Below, one piece after another: positions 55,102 through 63,488 of a stretch of 64,000 nt of DNA. The DNA is from an uncultured Eggerthellaceae bacterium (lineage in GTDB: Bacteria; Actinomycetota; Coriobacteriia; Coriobacteriales; Eggerthellaceae): assembly GCA_958454405.1 (NCBI GenBank), contig CAUEBO010000004.1:12736-76735 (forward strand), given 5' to 3'. The position numbers were made by a program, and so were the translations under genes. How positions within the stretch are numbered: position 1 is the stretch's first letter; each line of letters starts with the position of its first letter. Under the pieces are notes generated by a model. It saw only the letters and a program-made list of their open reading frames with translations, did no database searches and was not told the origin of the DNA.

Positions 55102-55440
55102 ATGCCGCGAACGGAAGCCAGAAGCTCAAACTGCTCTCCATCATGCGAATGCTCCAAGACGAGACGGATGCCGAGCGGTCTGATCATGTGCGAGATCATT
55201 GAGCGCCTGAACGTTCGGGCATCGAGGCGGAGCGCAAAAGTGTGCACCGCGACATCGAGGTGCTGCGCGAGTTCGGCTTCGACATCACCGTCAACGCAGT
55301 CCCGTGCAATATGCTATCGGATGCCGTGCTTTTGGCTTGTCGGAACTGATGTTGATGGCGAACGCCGTGGAATTGAGCCGTTTCTTGATGTGCTACCAAT
55401 GCAACGCGCTCGTGAGCAACATCAAGCTGCTGGCGTGTGC
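55102..55440 (+). pseudogene. Decayed paralogue of the WYL-type regulator (N-terminal HTH part only, at least 4 frameshifts)
   Basis: Pieces in three frames are collinear with the intact regulator at 27699: QKLKLLSIMRMLQDETDAE / LIMCEIIERL / GIEAERKSVHRDIEVLREFGFDI / YAIGCRAFGLSELMLMANAVELSRFL. Confidence 0.7.
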
Positions 55441-55522
55441 GGGGAGCGCGGTCTGCCCGAGTTCTCCCCGTACGCCTCCAGCGGCATCGATCTAACCCGC
55501 CTACATCGCGAGAAGACCGGGG

Positions 55523-56076
55523 ATGAAGGGGTATCGCGGCCATTCCGCGTTCATGGCGCACCTCACACGGCTTCTGGGCATCCTTGGGCCGAAGACGCTC
55601 GAACTTCTGCACCGCATACAGGTGGCAAATAACTTCGGCTTGCTGACGATCTCTTTCGCCAGTTCATGCTGGACGAGCTGGGGAGCCTTCGAGCAGGCGA
55701 AGACCGCGGTGGAGCGCCTGGAAACCCAGCTGGAGGCGCGCCGCTGCGAAGCGGATCGTCTGGGCAGGCGCTCTGTGCGGCCGAGGCCGAGAGCGAGGCG
55801 GCGAACCAATTGCTGGGTCAGGCGCAGGCAGCCCTGAACGATGCGGGCGGTTTCGACTTCGACGCGGCCAAGGCGCCGTATCTCGAATACGAGCGTCAGC
55901 TGTGCACTGTGCGGGACAACCGCGCGGCTATTGACGAAGACCTTGCCGTCGTGGGGCTCTCCGCCGTTCCCGACACCCTCGAAGAGCGGGGTGAGTTCGT
56001 GCGCCGCGTGGAACGCGATGCCCAGAAAGAGGAGCGCGTCCAGCGTGAAGGCAAGGATGCCGCTTACGTGCAGTAA
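55523..56076 (+). pseudogene. Frameshifted ORF of unknown function (coiled-coil-like)
   Basis: High third-position GC switches frame near 55765. The two segments are ...FEQAKTAVERLETQLEARRCEADRLG and QALCAAEAESEAANQLLGQAQAALND... Confidence 0.3.
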
Positions 56077-56121
56077 ACAGTAGTTTTAGCGCTAAAGAGA
56101 AGGTGACTGGCAGAAACAATG

Positions 56122-57267
56122 CTAGATTCGTCCGGCTCTTAGGCTGGCGATTGTCTCATTAATTGATTCCTTGCATAATCCGAAACGTCTGACTGCGTCG
56201 ATATGGATCTCTACAGCACGTTTGCCGACTCCGTTCTCATAGTGTGGTAGACCCAGACACCAAACAAAAAACTCTTCTTCCGTCAATTCGGAAAAATCTT
56301 TTTTGAATAATTGCTGAAAAGTTGAATTATCTTTCATTGGATAGCGAACAGTGTCGTCAATTTTGATTGAGACGAGATTGAGATAGCAACGCAGAATCCA
56401 TTTCTTAATGTTCTTTCTTGCCGGTGAGTTTTTGCTCAATTGATCGATGTAGCTATTGAATACGGCCTGAGCGAATAGAAGCTCAAATAGCTTTCTTCTT
56501 GCCGTCAGGCGATAAGAACCAAAATGAAGCCCCGTGTTCCTGATGATTTGCATCTCTATAGTGCCATAGCCGCGGATATAACGACGGAAAGAACCAAAAC
56601 TGCTTATGCTGCTCCTGATTAGTGTAAGTCCGCTTCTTTTAAGGCGGAGAACAACTCTTGAAGCCAAATATCTTGCTGTAACTATATGGGTATGTTCGTT
56701 TCTGCTAAGAAAATTTCCGTCCTCCATATAGACAAGAATTTGCAATTTTCGATTGTCTTCGTCGTCAAATGAGCAACTCGCTGGATCGCCGCCCAGCTCT
56801 TCTAGTTCTCCGATAATGAGCGATATCGGCTTAGTTGAAAAATGTCGCCTGGAAGTGGTTGCCGCTAAGGCAATAACGAGTATCAGGAAGATAATCTGGG
56901 AAATAACAGATTCCTTAACAAATGGAGTTGCTGAAATGAAAAGGATGAGATAGAAAAACGCACCATTAAATTCAAGTATTAGGCGGTATGAAAAATCAAG
57001 GCACTTATATCTGAATGAAAATAGGTGCACCAGCATCGTGTCGCTGCTGAATACTTCGAAAATCAAAAAGAATACAATCAAGGATCCAAAAACGATCGCA
57101 TAAAAACCAATGTAATTAAAATACGCAACAATTAAGCAATACGAATACACCAGTGCGACTCTTTGTCCGGGTTCCATTTTTTGGCCGCTAATCGCAGAAA
57201 AGAACAAAGCAACCGCAAAGATCAACAGCTCGTTTCCGTTAATTGATTGTTGTATCAGTTCTGGCAT
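56122..57267 (-). CDS. Low-GC polytopic membrane protein (about 5 TM) with a C-terminal domain carrying GT51 peptidoglycan-glycosyltransferase-like motifs
   Basis: GC is far below the flanks. The N-terminal ~150 aa are hydrophobic. Downstream motifs are MEDGNFLSRNEH (cf EDxxFxxHxG), IRGYGTIEMQIIRN (cf GxSTITQQxxKN), RRKLFE (cf RKxxE), KKWILRCYLN (cf KxxILxxYLN), and FKKDFSELTEEEFFVWCLGLP (cf FxKxxxxLTxxEAAxLAxxLxxP). RBS GAAGGAAAG. Confidence 0.5.
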   Translation of the reverse strand: MPELIQQSINGNELLIFAVALFFSAISGQKMEPGQRVALVYSYCLIVAYFNYIGFYAIVFGSLIVFFLIFEVFSSDTMLVHLFSFRYKCLDFSYRLILEFNGAFFYLILFISATPFVKESVISQIIFLILVIALAATTSRRHFSTKPISLIIGELEELGGDPASCSFDDEDNRKLQILVYMEDGNFLSRNEHTHIVTARYLASRVVLRLKRSGLTLIRSSISSFGSFRRYIRGYGTIEMQIIRNTGLHFGSYRLTARRKLFELLFAQAVFNSYIDQLSKNSPARKNIKKWILRCYLNLVSIKIDDTVRYPMKDNSTFQQLFKKDFSELTEEEFFVWCLGLPHYENGVGKRAVEIHIDAVRRFGLCKESINETIASLRAGRI

Positions 57268-57419
57268 GGCTTTCCTTCAGATATCAGGTATTTCAATCAG
57301 CGAGAGTTCGATAGCAATTTGCAGTGTTTTCTAGTTTGACGTTTCCTTTTACATATTTGCTAATCCCCCCTTTAATGCTGCGGTTCTCAAGCATCGAGCG
57401 AATCGCTTCTTGATCGCTC

Positions 57420-57542
57420 TCACTCGGCAGTTTCGCGGAGTAGCTCCGTCCAGGACACTTAGGCGTTGCCCTTCTCGTAACCCCGTCCGCTCCATTCGGC
57501 GGCGAATGCCGCCGCGTTCTTCTTACGTTGTATGTTGTCCAT
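57420..57542 (-). pseudogene. Remnant N-terminus of an MmeI-like/type IIG-class DNA methyltransferase
   Basis: MDNIQRKKNAAAFAAEWSGRGYEKGNA*VSWTELLRETAE matches the conserved N-terminal 'W.g.gyEkg..Q.FW.eLLr' pattern. It has an in-frame stop and is then truncated. RBS GAGGA lies upstream. Confidence 0.5.
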
Positions 57543-58138
57543 CGGCATAGTCCTCGTGATGGTCGTACCTGTATTGTCCTTGGCTACATTATATGTGTCA
57601 TAATGCGCTTTTCGTTTGCGCCCTGTTTATCGATGGCTTCATTTATCTGCTTTCCGATCTGCAATTTCTTGACTGATGCATTTGCGACGTCGCACGCGTC
57701 GTCAATTCGTGCATTTTCGGGCGAAGACGAGCACTCCTGGCGTCATACTTGTGGGTTGAGGGATTCATGGGGGATTTTCAGCACATTATAGTGCTGATGA
57801 TTTGACGCGAACACAGGGCTACTTAATTGACCTGCGGTTTTGCTCGTCAAATGTTCGTTAAACAAGCTTTTCTGTCAAAAAGAAATCCAGTGGCTTTCAG
57901 GTTCGCCAGGTGAAAAATCAAGCCAACCGAAGCCACTGGATGAAAAATCAGGCTACGAAATGAACCTTACAATAATGTGCGGAATCACTCCCACTCGGTG
58001 GTTATAGTTTTGCCGTCTCGTCACTCCAGTTGCACCCAGTTTTCGGCGGCATCTCGAAGTGAGTGCCGCTGAATGACGCGACGTCGCGTTTCATCGGCTT
58101 CGGGGACAAAAGCTGGGACAACTTCAAAAACCATTTTC

Positions 58139-58166
58139 AAACTCAGAGTATTGAGTTTTTATTTTT
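58139..58166 (+). terminator. AT-rich hairpin plus U-tract in the low-GC non-coding stretch
   Basis: AAACTCA-GAGTAT-TGAGTTT followed by TTATTTTTG. Confidence 0.35.
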
Positions 58167-58509
58167 GTCCCAAGGGGCACGGAGAGCCGCCTTTGGAGGC
58201 TCGATATCGCCGAAAAACGCCCGTTTTGAAACTCAACCGCCTTTGAGCCTGCAAACCACCAGCTTCAACAGTAAGTGAGTCGACGCGGGTGGCTTACGAG
58301 CCGTTCACAAAACCGCAGGCCACAGGTCTTTGTCAACGATAAGCAAAGTGGATAGTCTCAGGTGGCTTGCCCATGAGTTGGCGTAAGCCTGTTTAGCAAA
58401 AGGCTAATCGGACACGACAGGCCGCCCGCATGGCGACGGCGTTTCCCGTGCGGGCACAAACAGCCCTGCGTGCCCTGTCGCGCGATATCCCAATGCGACG
58501 TTCAGAACC

Positions 58510-58710
58510 CTACCCGCCAAGCAGCCACCTCGCGAAATTCAGCACGAGCACGCCCTCCCGGGTATGGGGCTCATGCCTCGTGCGAGTGATGAGAATCTTC
58601 GGGAATGCATCCCCGATGGATAGAATCGGCGCAATCTCCCTCTCGAGCGTCGAATCGGCGCCGATATCGTCGCTCACATACACTTTCCTTCCCGGTTTCG
58701 AAACTTGGAA
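58510..58710 (-). pseudogene. C-terminal fragment of a DUF4143-type AAA ATPase gene
   Basis: KVYVSDDIGADSTLEREIAPILSIGDAFPKILITRTRHE...GVLVLNFARWLL resembles the conserved C-terminal end of DUF4143 ATPases. The N-terminal ~350 aa are absent. Confidence 0.45.
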
Positions 58711-58949
58711 GGCAGTATGCGCAAGGATGCGTCGAGGTGCGATCCCAGTCGTACCATGCCAGCAGAGATGTCGAGGCACATTCGTTCATGCTGCAATGCG
58801 GGCATCGGAGATGAAAAACAGCCCGTCGGGTAGTCATGGGCGTGCGGGAGCCCGCATCAGTAACCTGCCTCCTCGGTTGTCCCTTCTTTGCATGGTCGTC
58901 TACATAAAGGAGGAACCAGCCATGCAGATCAGCATGCTTGCCCTTCTTG

Positions 58950-59245
58950 GGTCACGGACCGGGGAGGCGAGGGCCTCCGTCGGGACCGCCCCGAGCAACC
59001 GGCATATCCAAGGAATGACAAGGCTCGATCGCTGTGCTGGTCAGGATGCCGAAGCGGGCCGTCCGCCAATCGGAATGCGGGTCAGGATGCTGCAACGTGA
59101 TTCCAGCTGCAGGATACGGCTCCTTTGCGGTTGCCGCAAAACCTGCTGGCAACATTCTTACTATCCGAATGATGTACGCATCCCTTGGGATCGTTTCGCC
59201 TGACCAGGGCCATCTTCAGCGCCTCATCGGCCAGCTCGGCAGGCG
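58950..59245 (-). mobile_element. IS3-family transposase (OrfB integrase core) remnant, frameshifted
   Basis: AELADEALKMALVRRNDPKGCVHHSD matches the IS3 OrfB '..AL.mAl.rR.p..gliHHSDrG' block. Downstream similarity continues only in another frame. Confidence 0.45.
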
Positions 59246-59337
59246 CCTCTTCCACGCGTAATAGCCCTGGCGGGTCACCTATGCAACCAAAGATACAAAA
59301 GGAATCGAAGAGGATTGCCCTTTCCGATGGTCGATTC

Positions 59338-59367
59338 TTGACAGGCAAACTCAAGCCTCGTTAATAT
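59338..59367 (+). promoter_or_regulatory. Sigma-70-type promoter for the mef/msr(D)-like operon
   Basis: TTGACA at 59338-59343, an 18-nt spacer, then TAATAT at 59362-59367. Confidence 0.55.
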
Positions 59368-59407
59368 TACATGGTTTGCCAGACCGAATTAACAAAGGAG
59401 GGGTGTC

Positions 59408-59476
59408 GTGGTTGGTCTTTTCCGCACGTGGATGAGCGCCTAGAAAGCGGCGCTGTTGTGGCGTCGCGCTGTTTTT
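59408..59476 (+). promoter_or_regulatory. Leader peptide (11 codons) plus hairpin/U-tract attenuator upstream of mef
   Basis: AAAGGAGGGG, then GTG 59408; the ORF encodes MVGLFRTWMSA-stop (59441-59443). Hairpin 59447-59453/59461-59467 (6 WC pairs plus 1 G.U) is followed by GTTTTTCTG. The alternative pairing 59435-59440/59449-59454 competes with it. Confidence 0.5.
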
Positions 59477-59506
59477 CTGCACGCCATTTCACGATTGGAC
59501 ATAACC

Positions 59507-60793
59507 ATGATATTTGAAACCTCTCGGGGCAGGTCTGTTCTGCTGTGCCATTCATGGCAATTCAAGCTTTGTTTCGTATGGGGCGGGGAGCTCGTTTCGA
59601 CATTGACGAGTTCGATTCTCCAAATGGGTCTTATTTGGCATCTCGCCCTCACGACAGGGTCGTCTTCTCTCCTCTCCTTAGCATCGCTGGCAGGCTTTCT
59701 GCCGATTGCTTTGTTCGGAATCCTTGCGGGCGCCGTTGTCGACAGACTGCCTTTGAAACGTGTCCTCATCGGCGCCGACCTCTTCATTGCCGCGGTGGGT
59801 GCCGCCTTGGCGATTGCCTCGTTGGCCGGCAGCTTACCTGCATGGCTAATTCTCATCGCCCTGTTTCTCCGTGCAGTTGGTACTTCGTTCTACACGCCAG
59901 CCTCCCAATCTCTCACGCCCCATCTCGCCCCGCCAGAGCATCTCGTTCGCCTATCGGGGGTGACTCAGGCGATTCAGTCCGGCGGATACATTCTTGGCGC
60001 CGCGCTTGCAGCAGTGATTTATCCCGTGGCGGGCATTACCGCTATGATTGTCCTCGACGTGCTGGGAGCGCTTTTCGCTTCTTTAGCCGTCCTCGCCGCA
60101 CAGATAGACGCAGGGGGCCTCGATGAAGCCGACCGCAGCTTGTCCTTTTCCAATAAGGTTCGAGAGCTCTTCTCTGAGATTTCGGACGGCTACAAGCTGA
60201 TTAGGGAGTACAGGGGGCTGTTCGCCCTTCTTTGGTGCGGGTTCGTCTTCGCTTTCGCGTTCTCTCCGCTCGCGGCATTGTTCCCAATAATGACCTTGGG
60301 GCATTTTGGCGGTAGCACGGGGGATGCCGCTTTGGTGGAAATCCTTTTTTCTGCAGGCATGCTGGCTGGGTCCGGCATCTTGGCGGTTACGGGAGGGTTC
60401 CGCAATAGGTCGTTCACCATGGTCGCCGCGATTGCCGGCTTCGGCATTGCCGCAATCGTATCCGGATCGCTCGGCCCGTCATTGTTCGCTGCTTTCCTGC
60501 CGGTGAGCTTTCTTATGGGCGCATGCTCCCCGTTGTACGCGGGAACCCAGACTGCCCTTATGCAGGAGCAGATACCTCCTGAGTACCTAGGCCGCGTTTT
60601 CGGCCTCTACGGAACCATCATGGCGTGGGCCATGCCCATGGGCCTCGCAGCCCCCTCCGTTTTTGCGGATCTGCTTGGAGCTCCGTTATGGTTCGTCGGC
60701 TCTGGAGCGACCATGGTACTGCTTGCGATGGCTATGCTGCTTGCTCCGAGCGTCCGAAACGCGGGGAAAAGAGATACCGGGCAGATTCAATAG
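59507..60793 (+). CDS. mef: Mef-family MFS macrolide efflux transporter
   Basis: VSTLTSSILQMGLIWHLALTTGSSSLLSLASLAGFLP...VVDRLPLKRVLIGADLFIAA...TPASQSLTPHLAPPEHL is collinear with Mef(A/E) as I recall it. The start codon is uncertain because the RBS is weak. Confidence 0.75.
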   Translation: MIFETSRGRSVLLCHSWQFKLCFVWGGELVSTLTSSILQMGLIWHLALTTGSSSLLSLASLAGFLPIALFGILAGAVVDRLPLKRVLIGADLFIAAVGAALAIASLAGSLPAWLILIALFLRAVGTSFYTPASQSLTPHLAPPEHLVRLSGVTQAIQSGGYILGAALAAVIYPVAGITAMIVLDVLGALFASLAVLAAQIDAGGLDEADRSLSFSNKVRELFSEISDGYKLIREYRGLFALLWCGFVFAFAFSPLAALFPIMTLGHFGGSTGDAALVEILFSAGMLAGSGILAVTGGFRNRSFTMVAAIAGFGIAAIVSGSLGPSLFAAFLPVSFLMGACSPLYAGTQTALMQEQIPPEYLGRVFGLYGTIMAWAMPMGLAAPSVFADLLGAPLWFVGSGATMVLLAMAMLLAPSVRNAGKRDTGQIQ

Positions 60794-61054
60794 CCCAAGT
60801 ATTCGAAAAAAAGAGGCAGCAGCCATCGGTTCAAGCGTCAGCCTTCAAGCCCTTGCGACGACGAGGTATTGCACCGACATTCCGCATCGCGCTCCTTATT
60901 CGTCGCCAACTATCATTTTCGGATTTGCCGGCTTGCGCAAGGTCAAAACGCTCGCGCCGGCAATTGGGCAAAGGCGAAAAATCGACGTGAGCAATCTTTT
61001 TTGGCATGGCTGCGCTTCCAGTAAAACGCTAATACACAAAAGGCGGTTCAACCT

Positions 61055-62524
61055 ATGGAACTCATAGTCAAAGCTAAAGACATCTTTTTGGAATATGCCG
61101 GCCGCGATATCCTAGATATCGAAGAGTTGGAAATCTACTCCTACGATCGCATCGGCTTGGTGGGAGACAATGGCGCAGGCAAAACCAGCCTGCTTAAAAT
61201 TCTGAGCGGCAATCTTACCATTGCGGACGCCGACGTCAGGCGTTTCGGCAGCATTGCCCTCATCGGCCAACTCGATGAACTCGACCTTGATGCGGCTCAG
61301 GGCAGTGGTGAGATGCTCTCCCGTCTCAACGTCGCCGGAGTGGCGCAGGAGACGATGAGCGGCGGAGAGGAGACACGCGCCAAGATTGCCTCTGCGCTCT
61401 CCCAGCAGGCAAGCGCGATCTTTGCTGATGAGCCTACGAGCCACCTCGACCAAGACGGCATCAGTCTTCTCGTCGGACAACTCAAGGCATTTGATGGAGC
61501 CCTGCTCATTGTGAGCCATGACCGTTATTTTCTCGATCAGGTAGTGGACAAGATCTGGGAGCTCAAAGACGGCGGTATTTCCGAATTCTGGGGTGACTAC
61601 TCCGACTATCTGCGACAGAAAGAAGAAGAGCGCAAAGTTCAGGCGGCTCGATACGAAGAGGCGATGCGCGAGCGCGAGCGCCTTGAAGCCGCCATCGAAA
61701 AACAACGGAAAAAAGCACGGCAGGTCGACGCCAAGCGGAAGGCTGCGAAAAAAAGCAACGAGTATGCAGGTCGATTGGGGCATCAGAAAGCAACCGGCAC
61801 CAAACAGAAGAGGATGTACCAGGCGGCTAAGGACATGGAGAAGCGCCTCGAAGCGCTCGAAGGGATTGAGGCCCCAGATAGCATTCGCGCCGTGCGGTTC
61901 CGCCAGAGCAAGGCCCTGGAACTGCATAGTAAATTTCCCATCTCGGCAGACGATTTCAGCTTGAGCTTCGGCAACTGCATGCTCTATGACCACGCGAAAT
62001 TCGAGATACCGCTCGGTGCCAAAGTGGCCATCACCGGTGGCAACGGTACAGGAAAGACCAGCCTGCTGAAGGCAATCGCTCGACGCGCCGACGGTATCAA
62101 CATCTCTCCCAAGGCAGAGATCGGTTACTTCGAGCAAACAGGCTACAAGTTCGACGCCCGTCAGTCTGCGATCTCGTTCATGCAGGATGGTTGCGAGTAC
62201 AGCATGACCGAAATTCGAGGCATCCTCGCCTCTATGGGAATCGGACCGCGCGACCTGACAAAGGACGTTGGCGTTCTCTCGGGAGGCGAAGTCATCAAGC
62301 TGCTACTCGCGAAGATGCTGCTGGGCAGATACAACATCTTGCTCATGGACGAGCCTGGAAATTACCTGGACATCAAGAGCGCCGAAGCCCTCGAGCAGAT
62401 GATGAGCGCCTATGCCGGAACGATAGTGTTCGTCTCCCACGATAAGAGGCTGGTCGAGAACGTCGCAGACATTGTCTACGAAATAAAGGACACCAAGCTA
62501 GTCAAAATCTTTCAGCGCGAATAG
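61055..62524 (+). CDS. msrD: ABC-F ribosomal protection protein, Msr(D)/Mel-like
   Basis: [10 protein letters not shown]...[16 protein letters not shown]...[15 protein letters not shown]...[41 protein letters not shown]...[27 protein letters not shown] is collinear with Msr(D) as I recall it. Confidence 0.85.
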   Translation: MELIVKAKDIFLEYAGRDILDIEELEIYSYDRIGLVGDNGAGKTSLLKILSGNLTIADADVRRFGSIALIGQLDELDLDAAQGSGEMLSRLNVAGVAQETMSGGEETRAKIASALSQQASAIFADEPTSHLDQDGISLLVGQLKAFDGALLIVSHDRYFLDQVVDKIWELKDGGISEFWGDYSDYLRQKEEERKVQAARYEEAMRERERLEAAIEKQRKKARQVDAKRKAAKKSNEYAGRLGHQKATGTKQKRMYQAAKDMEKRLEALEGIEAPDSIRAVRFRQSKALELHSKFPISADDFSLSFGNCMLYDHAKFEIPLGAKVAITGGNGTGKTSLLKAIARRADGINISPKAEIGYFEQTGYKFDARQSAISFMQDGCEYSMTEIRGILASMGIGPRDLTKDVGVLSGGEVIKLLLAKMLLGRYNILLMDEPGNYLDIKSAEALEQMMSAYAGTIVFVSHDKRLVENVADIVYEIKDTKLVKIFQRE

Positions 62525-62670
62525 CCCTAAATGAGCAAGAAATAATCCCCGAACGGAGACAAGTGTTAGCGCCGGGCGAATCTAGCCACTGTCCAGCCGA
62601 ATCAAACTAGCCAACCGCAGCCGAATCAAAATCGCCGTTACACCAGCGCGGTTGTGGTCTTGCGTTGTCT

Positions 62671-63486
62671 CTACTTCACGCCCTTTATCACCGACGCAAC
62701 CGCCTCGACCGAGAACACCTCGCACTCCCGCCCGCGGTAGGACGGGCCCTTCATCATGAAGACCGAGGCCCGGTCGAACAGCCTGTCGAGGGCGCACAGA
62801 AGCGCGTCGTCGCCGGTGAAGAAGTCGCCCCACTGGTTCGTGGGCGTGTTGCTGGTGAGGATGAGCGTGTTCGGCCCCTCCTTCTCGTAGCGGCGGTCGA
62901 CGATGTCGAAGAACAGGTTGGTGCACTCGCTGTCCAGCCTGCGCCTGCCCACCTCGTCGATGATGAGGCAGGAGGGCTTCACCATAAAGTTGACCACCGA
63001 CTCGGCCCTGTTCTCCGCGATCGCCTTCTCCAGCTTGGCCTTGAGCTCGGTCGCCTTCAGGTAGTAGGTCTTGTACCCCAGCTCGCAGCACTTGTTGCCG
63101 TAGGCCTGGGCGAGGTGGGTCTTGCCGATGCCCTCCGGCCCGATGAACGCGATGTTCTTGCGCGCGTGCAGGTTCGACAGGGACGGCAGCTGCCTGAGCG
63201 CCCTGTCGTCCCTGCCCTTTATCCTCGAGAAGTCGAAGCCCTCGAAGGTCTTGGGGGCCTTCTGGGGGATGCGGCTGAGCCTCAGCAGGGTCTGGATCAC
63301 GCTGTCGTGGTGCTTCTGCTCGAGGTATTCGAACGCGCCTGCGATCGCCTGGAGCTCGGCGGTGCCGAGGCTGAGCGCCTCCGCGAGGGCCGCGACCTCC
63401 TCGGGCTCGAACCTCACCTTGAAGGAGGCCGCGCTCTCGCTGATGCCCTTGAACAGCGCCCCGGCGCTCACGGTGTCGCCGCCCAC
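62671..63486 (-). CDS. istB: IS21-family helper ATPase IstB
   Basis: KTFEGFDF, Walker A GPEGIGKTHLA, and Walker B LIIDEVG. GTG start lies 8 nt after GGGAGG and 2 nt after the istA stop. Confidence 0.85.
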   Translation of the reverse strand: MGGDTVSAGALFKGISESAASFKVRFEPEEVAALAEALSLGTAELQAIAGAFEYLEQKHHDSVIQTLLRLSRIPQKAPKTFEGFDFSRIKGRDDRALRQLPSLSNLHARKNIAFIGPEGIGKTHLAQAYGNKCCELGYKTYYLKATELKAKLEKAIAENRAESVVNFMVKPSCLIIDEVGRRRLDSECTNLFFDIVDRRYEKEGPNTLILTSNTPTNQWGDFFTGDDALLCALDRLFDRASVFMMKGPSYRGRECEVFSVEAVASVIKGVK

Positions 63487-63488
63487 GG

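Noticed and set aside
54975-55247. A long N-terminal extension of the HIRAN ORF.
   Set aside because: It has no HIRAN-family similarity and overlaps the decayed WYL gene on the opposite strand. Internal ATGs at 55004 and 54974 fit the domain boundary.
57528-58278. Small ORFs (87 aa and 71 aa) in the AT-rich stretch.
   Set aside because: They have no RBS, odd composition and no motifs. The region looks like eroded non-coding island DNA.
61006-61032. An 8-codon ORF (MAALPVKR) upstream of msr(D) as an MsrDL-like leader peptide.
   Set aside because: There is no Shine-Dalgarno sequence upstream and no resemblance to the known leader. The 261-nt mef-msr spacer may still be regulatory, but I cannot support a specific element.
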